From Thermodesulfobacteriota bacterium (GTDB lineage: Bacteria > Desulfobacterota > Desulfobulbia > Desulfobulbales > SURF-16), in contig JBFMAY010000040.1 of assembly GCA_040755455.1 (NCBI GenBank), forward strand, positions 1 to 38,529: a stretch of 38,529 nt of DNA, read 5' to 3'. Shown piece after piece: positions 27,235 to 37,180 of the stretch (position 1 is the stretch's first letter; each line of letters starts with the position of its first letter). Below the pieces are notes generated by a model. It was not told the origin of the DNA. It made no database searches and saw only the letters and a list, made by a program, of their open reading frames with translations. Made by a program: the position numbers and the translations under genes.

Positions 27235-27694
27235 GTGGTTACCGCCATGGAAAGTCATATTGGCAATGGCGATAGCCCTGACCGTGGGCCTATGGCTTCC
27301 GGCCCATATCAGCGTGACGCTCACACCGTCTCTCGGACACCGGATTTTCTTTCTGACCGAGCCGGAGTCCCTGAATTTCAAGGAAGGAGATTATCTCTTG
27401 TTTCATAAACAGCTCGATCAGGCCCAAACTGACCAGTTGCTGAAAATAGTCGGCTGTGCCCCCGGCCAATTATTACGGGTCGAAAATAGCGAGTATTACT
27501 GCGGTGAAGAATATCTCGGTCATGCCCTTGCCAGCGATTCCAAGGGCAAGCCGCTGCCGCAGTTCATTTATAACGGGCCTGTCCCTGCCGGCAGCTTGTT
27601 CATGATCGGCAACCACCCGCGCAGTTACGATAGCAAATATTTCGGATTCATCTATGCAGACAGCGTTCTCAAAAAAGCATATCCCATCTGGTAG
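27212..27694 (+). CDS. trhF: S26-family signal peptidase (TrhF-like pilin-processing peptidase)
   Basis: TPSL catalytic Ser, LLKIVGC Lys, SYDSKYFG. Confidence 0.8.
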   Translation: MPGKSNRKWLPPWKVILAMAIALTVGLWLPAHISVTLTPSLGHRIFFLTEPESLNFKEGDYLLFHKQLDQAQTDQLLKIVGCAPGQLLRVENSEYYCGEEYLGHALASDSKGKPLPQFIYNGPVPAGSLFMIGNHPRSYDSKYFGFIYADSVLKKAYPIW

Positions 27695-28535
27695 AGCGGT
27701 GCTGCTGTTCTGCTTTTGTGCAGTGCTGTTTACCGGGTTATCGAATGCCATGGCGGGAGAGGAACAAAAATTTTACGAGGACGCCAAGCAAGGATGGTTC
27801 TGGTACAAGGAATTGGCCCCTGAACCCGAAGAACAAAACGAACTCCCGGCGACCAGACCGCTGCCGACTTTGACCGATTATTCCACCGAGCAGCTATGGG
27901 ACATGCACCCGGATGATTTTCAGGCCCTGCTCATGGAGTTCCAGAAAAAGGCGGTGCAGAGACCGACGGAACAGAATGTCCTTGAATATCTGACCATGCA
28001 GGACCTGGCCCGGCGGAAGGCGGCAGTCTATGCCAATGTCGCATCGTATGTTCTCCAGAAACATGCCGGTCTCGATATTGGGCGTGATTATCCGGTGACA
28101 GCCCCCGGTGTCATTGCCCGGGTGAAGATGCAGAAAGAGGAGATTGCGGCCACTATCCAGGCGGCGGCCGAAGATCATGCGCTGCTCTACTTTTACAGCC
28201 CTGATTGTGCCTATTGCGCGGAGCAGCGGCAGATCCTCCGCTTTTTCACCGACCAGTACGGCTGGCAGGTGAAAGGCATCGATATCAACGAAAACCTGAG
28301 TGCCGCGGCACGGTTCAACATAACCATCACCCCGACCCTGCTTCTGATCGGGAAAGGACGTGAAGAGTATATCCCAGTGGCCTCCGGAGTGGTGGCCCTG
28401 GATGAACTGGAACGCCGGCTGTACCGCTCGATACGCCTGCTGAACGGTCAGATCACGCCGCAGGGGTATTCCGTATACGACTTTCAGAAAGGGGGTGGGC
28501 TCGATCCCGAATCCATCCTGCAAAAGGAATTCTGA
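27654..28535 (+). CDS. traF: F-type transfer protein TraF (thioredoxin-like)
   Basis: GWFWY, AVQRPTEQNV, FYSPDCAYC, ITPTLLL. Confidence 0.9.
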   Translation: MQTAFSKKHIPSGRAVLLFCFCAVLFTGLSNAMAGEEQKFYEDAKQGWFWYKELAPEPEEQNELPATRPLPTLTDYSTEQLWDMHPDDFQALLMEFQKKAVQRPTEQNVLEYLTMQDLARRKAAVYANVASYVLQKHAGLDIGRDYPVTAPGVIARVKMQKEEIAATIQAAAEDHALLYFYSPDCAYCAEQRQILRFFTDQYGWQVKGIDINENLSAAARFNITITPTLLLIGKGREEYIPVASGVVALDELERRLYRSIRLLNGQITPQGYSVYDFQKGGGLDPESILQKEF

Positions 28536-30010
28536 TGCAATCCAATCGAATTAGAAAATTGCTTGCTGTGCTGCTGATCGCGGCGCTGTTGGTGCCGGTT
28601 CCTGCCGGGGCCGCCGGCTGGGTCGATGACTGGCTGACCCAGAACACCTCCAATCCTCCGGATTATTTTGCAGGGCAGAAACGCGGCTATTACTCAGGCG
28701 GCAGCTTCAGCGCCAGGTGGCCCAACAACGCCACCTATCCCATTACCATAGAGCCGCCCCGCATCAAGAGCGGTTGCGGCGGCATCGACATCTTCCTGGG
28801 CGGCTTCAGCTTCCTTAATTTCGAGTACCTGGTTCAGAAACTTCAGCGCATTCTCATGAGCGGCGGAGCGGTGGCCTTCGATCTGGCCCTGAAAACCCTG
28901 TGCGAGCCGTGCGCCACCTCGATCAAATCCTTCGAGGCCATTGCCGACAAACTGAACAGTCTGCAGCTCGACGAATGCGCGGCGGCCAAAGACATCAAGG
29001 CGGTACTGCAGAGCAGCGACGGTCAGGGCTTTGCCTCCATGGACACCATCGAGCGGCGTCTTGGGAACGCCATTAAGGAGAATAAATTGAGCCAGGGGCT
29101 GGCCGACCTTTATCAGACCATCACCGAGGAAGACCGGGCCAACCAGAATCTGGTTCAGAAACCGGACGTACTGCGGGCGGTCTCCGGCTGCAACGCCGAG
29201 ATCAAGGAGATCTTCCTCTCGAACCTCGCGGACAGCGGCGGTTCCCTGCTTGACAATCTGGGGGTGGGCAAGCTTGCCCTTTCCGCCGATTATGTCAGTC
29301 TGATCCGGGGCCTGGTCGGCGACATCCGCATCGAAGGACCGGACAACGCCTTCAAGGTCACCTTTGTCTCTCCCTGCCCGCAGAACAATCCGGATGATGT
29401 CAAAGCCTTCATCGAGGGTAATGTGATGGCCAAGGACGCGGCCGGCGCCTGCGCCCAGATCGCCGACGCCAACGCGGACCTGGTGCGCTATGTGCAGACC
29501 AGGATGAACTCGGTGGCCGGCAAGATAAAGTCCAAGGCGGCCCTCGATGCCACGGATACCGCCTTTATCCGGAACAGCCCGCTTTCTCTCGGTCTGGTCC
29601 TCAAAACCGCCGTGGGCACCGAACAGGAGGAGGCAACCATCGCCACCCTGTCCGATCTGACCGCCAAGGCCTATGTCCTGCAGATGCTGGTCGATCTTTA
29701 TAACCGGGCCACCCTGGTCATGGAAAAGGCCAAGGAACTGCTCAGCAAGAGATCGAGCGCCGCTGCTGGCCAGGATTCGGAAAACTGCAAGGCCGCCATC
29801 TTCGCCGACAATCTCGACGATCAGGTGGCCGGCATGAACGAAAAGATATACCGCCTGCAGCTTGCCGCCAGGGAAAGCTATTCCGCCTCGGCCACGGAGC
29901 TGGCCACCATCTTCAAGATCCTGAATCACATGCAGAGCGTGGACAGTCAGTTGTATGCCCTCATTGCCAAGAAATACGGAGCCGGCGTGGCGGAGCGGAC
30001 CCTGCGATGA
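28535..30010 (+). CDS. traH: F-type transfer protein TraH
   Basis: QKRGYYSGGS, SGCGGIDIFLGGFSF, FDLALKTLC. Confidence 0.92.
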   Translation: MQSNRIRKLLAVLLIAALLVPVPAGAAGWVDDWLTQNTSNPPDYFAGQKRGYYSGGSFSARWPNNATYPITIEPPRIKSGCGGIDIFLGGFSFLNFEYLVQKLQRILMSGGAVAFDLALKTLCEPCATSIKSFEAIADKLNSLQLDECAAAKDIKAVLQSSDGQGFASMDTIERRLGNAIKENKLSQGLADLYQTITEEDRANQNLVQKPDVLRAVSGCNAEIKEIFLSNLADSGGSLLDNLGVGKLALSADYVSLIRGLVGDIRIEGPDNAFKVTFVSPCPQNNPDDVKAFIEGNVMAKDAAGACAQIADANADLVRYVQTRMNSVAGKIKSKAALDATDTAFIRNSPLSLGLVLKTAVGTEQEEATIATLSDLTAKAYVLQMLVDLYNRATLVMEKAKELLSKRSSAAAGQDSENCKAAIFADNLDDQVAGMNEKIYRLQLAARESYSASATELATIFKILNHMQSVDSQLYALIAKKYGAGVAERTLR

Positions 30011-33000
30011 ACTTCCGGTTGCGTCACAGTTTAGGTCCAGGGGCTGCAATGGCGGCGCTTGCCGCCCTGGCCGCGTTCGTCGTCTTCTGTTGGGCCGATA
30101 CCGCCTGGGCCCTGGACATGGAATTTTACACATACAACGGCTTCGGTCCGGTGAGTCAGGCCTTCCGCAAACTGGCGCTCATCTTCTCCGACGGCGGCTA
30201 TCTGGGCTTATTCTTTACGGCGGCGGTCCTGGGGATTGTCTTTGGTGCCATGGCTTTCACCGTCAAGATGGCCACAGGAGCCAGGATCGTTCCCCTGGTC
30301 TGGGCTGCGCCGGTTCTGTTCGGCGTGGTTCTCTATCTCGGTCTTTTCGTGCCCAAGGGCAGGATCACTGTATTCGATCCGGTCTTGAACCGCTTCGACA
30401 CCATCGGCGGCATACCGAACGGGGTGGTGGCCACCGCCGGCATCCTCAACAAGATCGAACGCGGCCTGGTGGATATCATCGATACCGCCGCTGTGCCCGG
30501 AGCCAAGTATCAGGAGGCGGCAGGCGGCATCGGCTTTGCGGCTCTCAAGGCCGCCATGGCCGCCGGCCCCAAGGACGCCTATGCCAAGCAGAGCATGGCC
30601 GCCTATTTCAAGGATTGCGTCATGTTCGAGATGGTCCGGCCCGGCACCACCTTTTCGGCCGACACCATGCTGTACGGCACCTCCGATTTTCTGCCGGAGC
30701 TGGCCAAGGCCAATAGCCCGGCGGTATTCACGGTTTACTATGACGCTGCCAATCCCCAGGGCCAGACCATGACCTGCCAGAATGCCTGGTCGAATATCTT
30801 TCCCATTTACAATAACGCGGCCACCTTCACGGACGCGGTACGAAGCGTGTGCGGTGCTTCGACGTTCGATCCGAACAACGCCGCAGAACTGAATACTTGT
30901 CGTAACCTGATCAGCGACACCCTGACCCAGACTACCGGTATGGCGATCACCCCGGAGAATTTTATCAGGCAGGCAAGTCTCACCAACCTCATTTTTCAAG
31001 TGCTCGATCAGGCAGATCCGCAAACCGCCATGCTCCTGCAAACAAACCGCCAGGTGGTTTCTTCTGGTCTGGGTATGGCCGCTGCCATGAACGAGTGGCT
31101 ACCAGTGATGCGGGCAATCATGACGGCGGTGGCCATCGGCCTCATTCCTTTTCTGGCCTTGTTTTTGCCTACGCCGCTGTTGGGCAAGGCTCTTTCAGTG
31201 ATGGCCGGATTTTTCGTGTTTCTGGCAACCTGGGGGATATCCGACGCCATCCTGCATGGCGCGGCTCTGGACTATGCGGTCGAGGCTTATGAGGATATTC
31301 GCCAGAGCGCCCTTGGCTTGTATGCTTGCGTTACTTTCCCTGAGACCTCCACCAAGGCCCTGGCCATGTTTGGCATCGTCCGGTCATCCGGTATCATGCT
31401 GGCGAGTTTTTTGTCCATGATGCTGATCCGCTTCGGCGGTCATGCCATGGCCATGATGGCTGGCAGTCTGCAATCCGCCATTCACGGAGCGGGAGCAAAA
31501 GCCGGGGCACTTCTCACTCCGGAAGGTAAGGCTGCTGCTCTAGATCAACAGGTTAGCGCAACGGTTCCTTTGGAAATGGCTAATCATTATGGCTTCTCCA
31601 CCCAGGCGACAAGCAGGCAGTGGCAGGCCCACAAGGGGGTGCAATCCACGGCGGCGGACTGGCAGACTCTGGACGCGGCCCGGGATTCCGGCATCATTCC
31701 CGGGGACATGGGGAACATCGAGGCCGCCAAATCCATGTATACGGCAAATCGTTCCATCGGCGGCAGCCAGGGGCCGACCCAATTGAGCACCGATCATGCC
31801 GGCAACCTCGTTTTCAGCAGCACCAAGGCGATGACCGGCCAGGGCTTTGTCAGACAGGACCAGACAGGCCCGGATGGCTCCAGCGTCTCGACCTATACCG
31901 GCGGCGCGGGCACCTTGGTGACCGAAGGCAAAGACGGACAAGAGGCCGTCACCAGCGCCAATGTCAGAAACATGGATATGAATTTCGCCCGCAAATCCGA
32001 AGAACGCAGTCTGGAAAAGGCGGCCCACTCCCTGGCCAGCAGCGAAAATTACTCCAACATGCTCAGCCGGCTCAGGCAGGACAGCCGCACCAGCACCGAG
32101 GCCCGCTCATTCAACGAGCAACTCAGCAACTCCGAGCAGGAAAAATGGTCACAGAGCGTGGATAATGGCTCGGCGTTTTCCATGGTTAAGGACGAAAAAA
32201 CAAGGCACACATTGGAGGCAAGTGGAGCTGGCGGATTTAATCTGGGGATCGTCAAGGCGGGCGGCCGATACAGCCTGCAGGGAATTGGTGAAGACGGTGA
32301 AAAACTCAATATCTCACTGTCTGCGAGAGAAGCGCAAGCCTTTGAGGAAAATCGACAGAGAGTCCGCGCCGAGGCCTTGACCGAAACCCTCCAGAACACC
32401 CAAAACCTATCCTATGCAGACAACCTTTCCAGAACAATCGGCGCGTCCGAAGCGCATTCCTATCTTCGCGAGGCCCAGCGAATCAATACCGATACGGCAT
32501 CGTATAACAACAATATGGAGACTGCCTTTGTCCGAGACTATGCCGCCTATCGATACGGCTCCGACAGTCCGGAAAACGTGCAGAAGGCAATGACATTCCT
32601 GAACAGCCAGGCCATCGGCTCTCGGGATGACCAACAGCACCTGCAGGAACTCACCAACGATTTTCTGTCCGGCCGGTTCAGTACCCTCGGCACCGCCAAT
32701 GCGGAAACAGGCATCGAGCAAAACGCTCAAACAATGTCGTCATTCCAGGAACCTTTGCGGACACAGGCGCATTCTGTCGTAGAAACGGCAATCGATAAAA
32801 CCGGCGATATCAGCGGACAGTCCCTAACGGGACCGCTTCATGGAAGAATGGACGGACCGAACCGGCATGAAGTCGAATCAAAAGTCGAGGCCAGACAGGA
32901 TTTCTTCGAGAGGGAACAAACAGGCCAAGGCCGCATTCAGACAAATGTCGTCGGCATGGCAGGCGAGGGAATCGGGAAGATTGATCGCACTATCGGTAAA

Positions 33001-33159
33001 ATCGTCGGGAAGCCGGAGCGGCCCAAACAGGATGTCATGGATATCGGCGCTCCGGATCAACCAGGAGCGCCTCCCCCAGGAACCGTTGAAGCCGAGATGT
33101 CCCCGGCTCCGGCCACATTTGAAGAAGCTCTCAGGGAAGAGCAGGAAAATAAAGAATGA
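30007..33159 (+). CDS. traG: F-type mating-pair stabilisation protein TraG
   Basis: FYTYNG N-terminus, several TM segments, YFKDC, long polar C-terminal region; follows traH. Confidence 0.9.
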   Translation: MNFRLRHSLGPGAAMAALAALAAFVVFCWADTAWALDMEFYTYNGFGPVSQAFRKLALIFSDGGYLGLFFTAAVLGIVFGAMAFTVKMATGARIVPLVWAAPVLFGVVLYLGLFVPKGRITVFDPVLNRFDTIGGIPNGVVATAGILNKIERGLVDIIDTAAVPGAKYQEAAGGIGFAALKAAMAAGPKDAYAKQSMAAYFKDCVMFEMVRPGTTFSADTMLYGTSDFLPELAKANSPAVFTVYYDAANPQGQTMTCQNAWSNIFPIYNNAATFTDAVRSVCGASTFDPNNAAELNTCRNLISDTLTQTTGMAITPENFIRQASLTNLIFQVLDQADPQTAMLLQTNRQVVSSGLGMAAAMNEWLPVMRAIMTAVAIGLIPFLALFLPTPLLGKALSVMAGFFVFLATWGISDAILHGAALDYAVEAYEDIRQSALGLYACVTFPETSTKALAMFGIVRSSGIMLASFLSMMLIRFGGHAMAMMAGSLQSAIHGAGAKAGALLTPEGKAAALDQQVSATVPLEMANHYGFSTQATSRQWQAHKGVQSTAADWQTLDAARDSGIIPGDMGNIEAAKSMYTANRSIGGSQGPTQLSTDHAGNLVFSSTKAMTGQGFVRQDQTGPDGSSVSTYTGGAGTLVTEGKDGQEAVTSANVRNMDMNFARKSEERSLEKAAHSLASSENYSNMLSRLRQDSRTSTEARSFNEQLSNSEQEKWSQSVDNGSAFSMVKDEKTRHTLEASGAGGFNLGIVKAGGRYSLQGIGEDGEKLNISLSAREAQAFEENRQRVRAEALTETLQNTQNLSYADNLSRTIGASEAHSYLREAQRINTDTASYNNNMETAFVRDYAAYRYGSDSPENVQKAMTFLNSQAIGSRDDQQHLQELTNDFLSGRFSTLGTANAETGIEQNAQTMSSFQEPLRTQAHSVVETAIDKTGDISGQSLTGPLHGRMDGPNRHEVESKVEARQDFFEREQTGQGRIQTNVVGMAGEGIGKIDRTIGKIVGKPERPKQDVMDIGAPDQPGAPPPGTVEAEMSPAPATFEEALREEQENKE

Positions 33160-33414
33160 TCAATCGTCCCAAATTGGATTGGCTGGGTTGCTATAATCTG
33201 CGGAGATGAGTGTTTCATCAAGTTCTTCCCCAGTCATCGGCCGAATCTTCGTCTTCAAGGACCGCAATCCGGAAGACACGATTTTAGAGGTGCTTTTGAC
33301 AGACTTCACCGGCACCATGACCTTGCCGCAGAATTTGCACAGGTCATCGTCGTCAATCGGTTCCGCCCCGCAATGCGGACATAGAACAGTATTTTCTTCA
33401 AAAGCGGTTGTCAT
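33160..33414 (-). CDS. Small zinc-ribbon protein convergent on traG; candidate entry-exclusion factor
   Basis: CPHC and CKFC; abuts the traG stop; own sigma70-like promoter; start placed at ATG 33414. Confidence 0.55.
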   Translation of the reverse strand: MTTAFEENTVLCPHCGAEPIDDDDLCKFCGKVMVPVKSVKSTSKIVSSGLRSLKTKIRPMTGEELDETLISADYSNPANPIWDD

Positions 33415-33452
33415 TTTGTCTGCCTTATTTCCAAGTCTTCTTTCCACTGCTT

Positions 33453-33481
33453 AATATCGGCAGTTCCGTTCAACAAGTCAA
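33453..33481 (-). promoter_or_regulatory. Sigma70-like promoter TTGACT-N17-GATATT
   Basis: -35 at 33476-33481, -10 at 33453-33458, 17-bp spacer. Confidence 0.5.
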
Positions 33482-33687
33482 GTTTCCATTTTTGCCGCAG
33501 AGGATCCAGCCGATGTCTCAGCCCTGTTCTCTTCACAGAGCGAACACAGAATCCCGCTGTCGCCACTCCGGTCGATCAATTTCCATTTGCCCGTCAAGAT
33601 TAGTTGATTTTTACCCTTCTTGCAGGCTTCACAGACCCAGATTTCCTGGTCATTTTTTTCTGATATTTGGTATTTGAATCTATTCAT
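33478..33687 (-). CDS. Small protein with two CxxC motifs
   Basis: CEAC and CSLC; ATG lies 2 bp after the stop of the YhaN-like ATPase. Confidence 0.6.
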   Translation of the reverse strand: MNRFKYQISEKNDQEIWVCEACKKGKNQLILTGKWKLIDRSGDSGILCSLCEENRAETSAGSSAAKMET

Positions 33688-33689
33688 GA

Positions 33690-36600
33690 TTATGCTTTTG
33701 CGGGCAGCACATGTTCTTTGAGCAGATTCTCCGGCATTGCTTCACGTGCCAGTTCTACCAATTTGGAGTGATGAGTGAAAAATATTACCTGAGCTTTACG
33801 TGACAATTCGCCAAGAATTTCGAGAATAGCCTTGGAGCGAAAATCATCGGCTTTAATGAGCAGATCATCAACAATCACAGGCAATGGAACATTGTGCTCA
33901 ATATGGTGTTCAATGCCGGCAATCCTCAAGGCAAGATACAGCTGGTCACGTGTTCCCTCGCTCAGTCCATCAACAGTGATTTTTTTGCCATCTTTTTCCA
34001 CGCAGAGAAAAACAAGCTTGTCTTTGTCATCAAATCCTGTTGTAAGATCCTGAAAAGACCCTAATGTGATACGCTGGAAAATCTCAGCCGTCCTGCTCAT
34101 TATCGGTCCCTGGTTCTTCTGCCTGTACTCTTCTATTTCCCGTTCCAGAATCGCCGCAGAAAGTTTTAGACGGGCATAAGTCTCAACATGCTGCCTGATA
34201 GCCGCCATCGCCTCCTCTGCCTCATCAGCGGCGTCAGCAGAGTCCTGAGCGCCATCCATTTTGTCAAGTTCGGTTTTCAGGCTGCCAACCTCTTTTAAGA
34301 TGCTGTCCCTTGAGGTATACAAATTTTCCAGTTTGACGTTCAATCCCTGGATTTCGGCCGGAAGGGAGTCCCTGTCGATTTCTTTTGCCTGCTCAATCAA
34401 ATCATCAAGGGATGCTCCCTCACTTAGGAGCTGTTCATCGACATCTTCGAGTTTCCCAAGAATATCTCTGAGTTCGGCTGATTTTTCTTCTGTTTTTTCT
34501 AGCTCTTCCGTGGTTTGACAACCAGAACTTTTTAAAAGCCGGCTAATTGTATTGGATGCTTCCTGTTTCTCGTCTTCAAGCACCTTGATATCATCCTGCA
34601 CCTGATTCAGGTCAATGTTAATTTTTTTCCGTCTATTCACGGCTTCATTACCGGCAGTTACCCTCGATAAAAGCTCAAGCACAGTATCGGAAACGTCTGG
34701 CTTTATGCTCTCAGGCAAATATTTTGAAGCAAAATTGGTGACATCTTCTTTCAGCCGTTCAGCATCTTGATTTATCTGGTCAACTCGTATTCGAAGTCTG
34801 GCAGCATCCTCGGTTTTCGAAAAAAGTCTGGTAATAACCTCTATGGTTTTTGAAACAACATCCACATCAGTGTTCGCGTCATATCCCAGCTGCCTGATTG
34901 CTGCAGCCCATTTTTTACGCCAGTCGTCGAGCTTCTTTGTTTGTTTTTTCAGTTCCGTGTCCTTGATATCCAAGGATTTTTCAGCATTGAGGATATCCCT
35001 TTGACTCTGCTCCCAAATTATTTTTTTCTCCTTTAGTCCAGCGATCACATTTTCTGCACGTTCAAGGAGATCTGAGAAGGATTCCTCTTCCTTCGCGCCC
35101 CTTTCGCTCAGGGCAACAAGTTCATCGTGAATCTGAGCGGAATAGTTCTTGATTGAGGTTTCCAGCAGTAATATTTCCCTTTCTTTTTTCTGAAGAGCAG
35201 AGAATGTTTCGGAAAATTTTTCAAATAGATTCAGCCAACCGGCAAATTCTTTTGGAGAATATCCCTTGGTTCGCAAAGGCTTAATAATATCAGACCATCG
35301 GGAAGATAACAGTTCCTCTTCTTGTATTTCCATTTCAAGTTGTGCCCGAGCTTGGGCCTGTTCGTCTTCAGCTCTTTTTTTATCAAAGGAGAGGGTTGTG
35401 TATCGTGCAACAAGATCGGCATTTTTTCGGAGGATATCTGAAGTCTCATCCGCTTGGATCACAGAATTTTCATAGTCATTAACAATTGTTTGCAGATGTT
35501 CATCGGCCAGATCTTTATTTGCCTGCCAAGCGTCTTTTAAAACCTGCCAGAGTTCATCTCGCCTGGTTCTGAGTTCAAGCAGGACTGACTCGGAGAGTAC
35601 CGCTTCTTTTTGTTCCAGTTCGGCGAGATCGATAACAAGCCGGCTTATTCTTTTTTTTAATTCGGTTTCCTGGTTTTCTAAAGTTTCCTTTTTTTTCCCT
35701 GCGGCCAGGAAAAATCCTTCGTATTCTTCAACCGTCTCTTTCAATGGTACCGGTAGTTTCGTGATTTCTTCATAATCATCAACTTCAGTCCATAAAGCCC
35801 GGCCTCGTTTTCCAACTTCCTGCTTCAGCTCATAGTGCTCTGCAAGCAACTCATTTAGATCAGCATCCAAATCACCTTTTTTTCTTATGCTTATTAAGAG
35901 CTTGTCCAATTCATCCGGAATAAAACCGGAGGACAAAGATTTCGTGTTTTCCTTCAGATCCTCACGAAGCTGCTTGGCCTCGGCGAAATTTTTTTCCGCT
36001 GTCCGCAGATTTGTTTCATGCCGGACAAACTCTCGGGACAGGGCATTAATTGTCTCCTGGGTGGCAAGGTCTATCCTCAGGTCCTCAATATTCTCAGGAG
36101 ATTCAGGACGTCCGAGGTTACGCAGAATCTGGTTTGCTTCATGCAGGTTAAGTTTTATTTCCGTTTCAAGCGATGGAATATCGCCCAGCGCCTTCCTGGT
36201 CACGGCAACACGGCTCTCATACTCTTTTATTTCTTTTTGTCTTTCGAGCAGTTCAACAGGAATATGAAGTGCATCAAGCTCATTCTGAAGCTTATCTTTT
36301 TCTTTTTCCAGCCGCTCTATCTGTGCTTCTGCCTTATCAAGAGCGGCCAGGGCCCCGATTCTTTCGGCGGTGCACGATTCAGGCACAGGTTTAACAGCGC
36401 CGAGCGCATTTTTCTTATCTAACAAAATTTCCCGTTTGGCAATCAGGGGCAGTGTGCGCTGCAGGCGTTGTTTTTTTGTCAACTCAACTGTAAGCTCTTT
36501 AATCTGTTCGCCAAGCTCAGCATCTTTGGCCTTTGAATCTTCATATTGTCCCTGGAGATCGAGAAAGATTTTCGGCCGCAGCGAGAGCTGGGCGGATTTT

Positions 36601-37178
36601 TTCTCCGCATCCCTGAATTTTTTTATTTCTACGTTCAGAGGCTTGGTTCTGGCAGGACCGGTAAAGATGCTGTCCGCTTCGCTTCTCAATGCCTGCCGAA
36701 GAGCATGGATGTTTCTTATTCCTGCTGAAGCACCGAAAAGGCTTTCCCCGACTTCCCCCTCTCCGGCAAGTAATTTCCGGCCGCCTTGAACCAGTTCCTC
36801 ATGGCCCAGTCCGAACATCGAGGTAAAAAGTTCCTTGCTTACTCCATTGAGATATTTAGATGAAAGCACATCCTCAAGGGGTTTTTCATCCTTGTCGAGC
36901 AGGGTGTTTTTGCGTCCTTTCCTTCTTAAGATTTCAATATGTTCGTCACCGTCTGAAAGAACAGCGCCGATTCTTAAATCGGCTTTGCCATGGCGATGGT
37001 CATCGGCCGTGGTTTCTTCAATACCGTAAAAGAGGCCGGTGATTGCTCTCAGGGCGGTGCTTTTACCGGCTTCATTCGGTCCGTAGATCATGTGGAAATT
37101 TTTATTCCCTGATTCCAGATCAATAGTAAAATCGGTATAAGGACCGAACCGAATGAGATGGAGTTTATTCAATTTCAC
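33690..37178 (-). CDS. YhaN-like (AAA_27) Rad50/SMC-type ATPase
   Basis: YGPNEAGKST, long coiled coils, LSEGTRDQLYLALR, IVDD, FTHH. Confidence 0.88.
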   Translation of the reverse strand: MKLNKLHLIRFGPYTDFTIDLESGNKNFHMIYGPNEAGKSTALRAITGLFYGIEETTADDHRHGKADLRIGAVLSDGDEHIEILRRKGRKNTLLDKDEKPLEDVLSSKYLNGVSKELFTSMFGLGHEELVQGGRKLLAGEGEVGESLFGASAGIRNIHALRQALRSEADSIFTGPARTKPLNVEIKKFRDAEKKSAQLSLRPKIFLDLQGQYEDSKAKDAELGEQIKELTVELTKKQRLQRTLPLIAKREILLDKKNALGAVKPVPESCTAERIGALAALDKAEAQIERLEKEKDKLQNELDALHIPVELLERQKEIKEYESRVAVTRKALGDIPSLETEIKLNLHEANQILRNLGRPESPENIEDLRIDLATQETINALSREFVRHETNLRTAEKNFAEAKQLREDLKENTKSLSSGFIPDELDKLLISIRKKGDLDADLNELLAEHYELKQEVGKRGRALWTEVDDYEEITKLPVPLKETVEEYEGFFLAAGKKKETLENQETELKKRISRLVIDLAELEQKEAVLSESVLLELRTRRDELWQVLKDAWQANKDLADEHLQTIVNDYENSVIQADETSDILRKNADLVARYTTLSFDKKRAEDEQAQARAQLEMEIQEEELLSSRWSDIIKPLRTKGYSPKEFAGWLNLFEKFSETFSALQKKEREILLLETSIKNYSAQIHDELVALSERGAKEEESFSDLLERAENVIAGLKEKKIIWEQSQRDILNAEKSLDIKDTELKKQTKKLDDWRKKWAAAIRQLGYDANTDVDVVSKTIEVITRLFSKTEDAARLRIRVDQINQDAERLKEDVTNFASKYLPESIKPDVSDTVLELLSRVTAGNEAVNRRKKINIDLNQVQDDIKVLEDEKQEASNTISRLLKSSGCQTTEELEKTEEKSAELRDILGKLEDVDEQLLSEGASLDDLIEQAKEIDRDSLPAEIQGLNVKLENLYTSRDSILKEVGSLKTELDKMDGAQDSADAADEAEEAMAAIRQHVETYARLKLSAAILEREIEEYRQKNQGPIMSRTAEIFQRITLGSFQDLTTGFDDKDKLVFLCVEKDGKKITVDGLSEGTRDQLYLALRIAGIEHHIEHNVPLPVIVDDLLIKADDFRSKAILEILGELSRKAQVIFFTHHSKLVELAREAMPENLLKEHVLPAKA

Positions 37179-37180
37179 GG

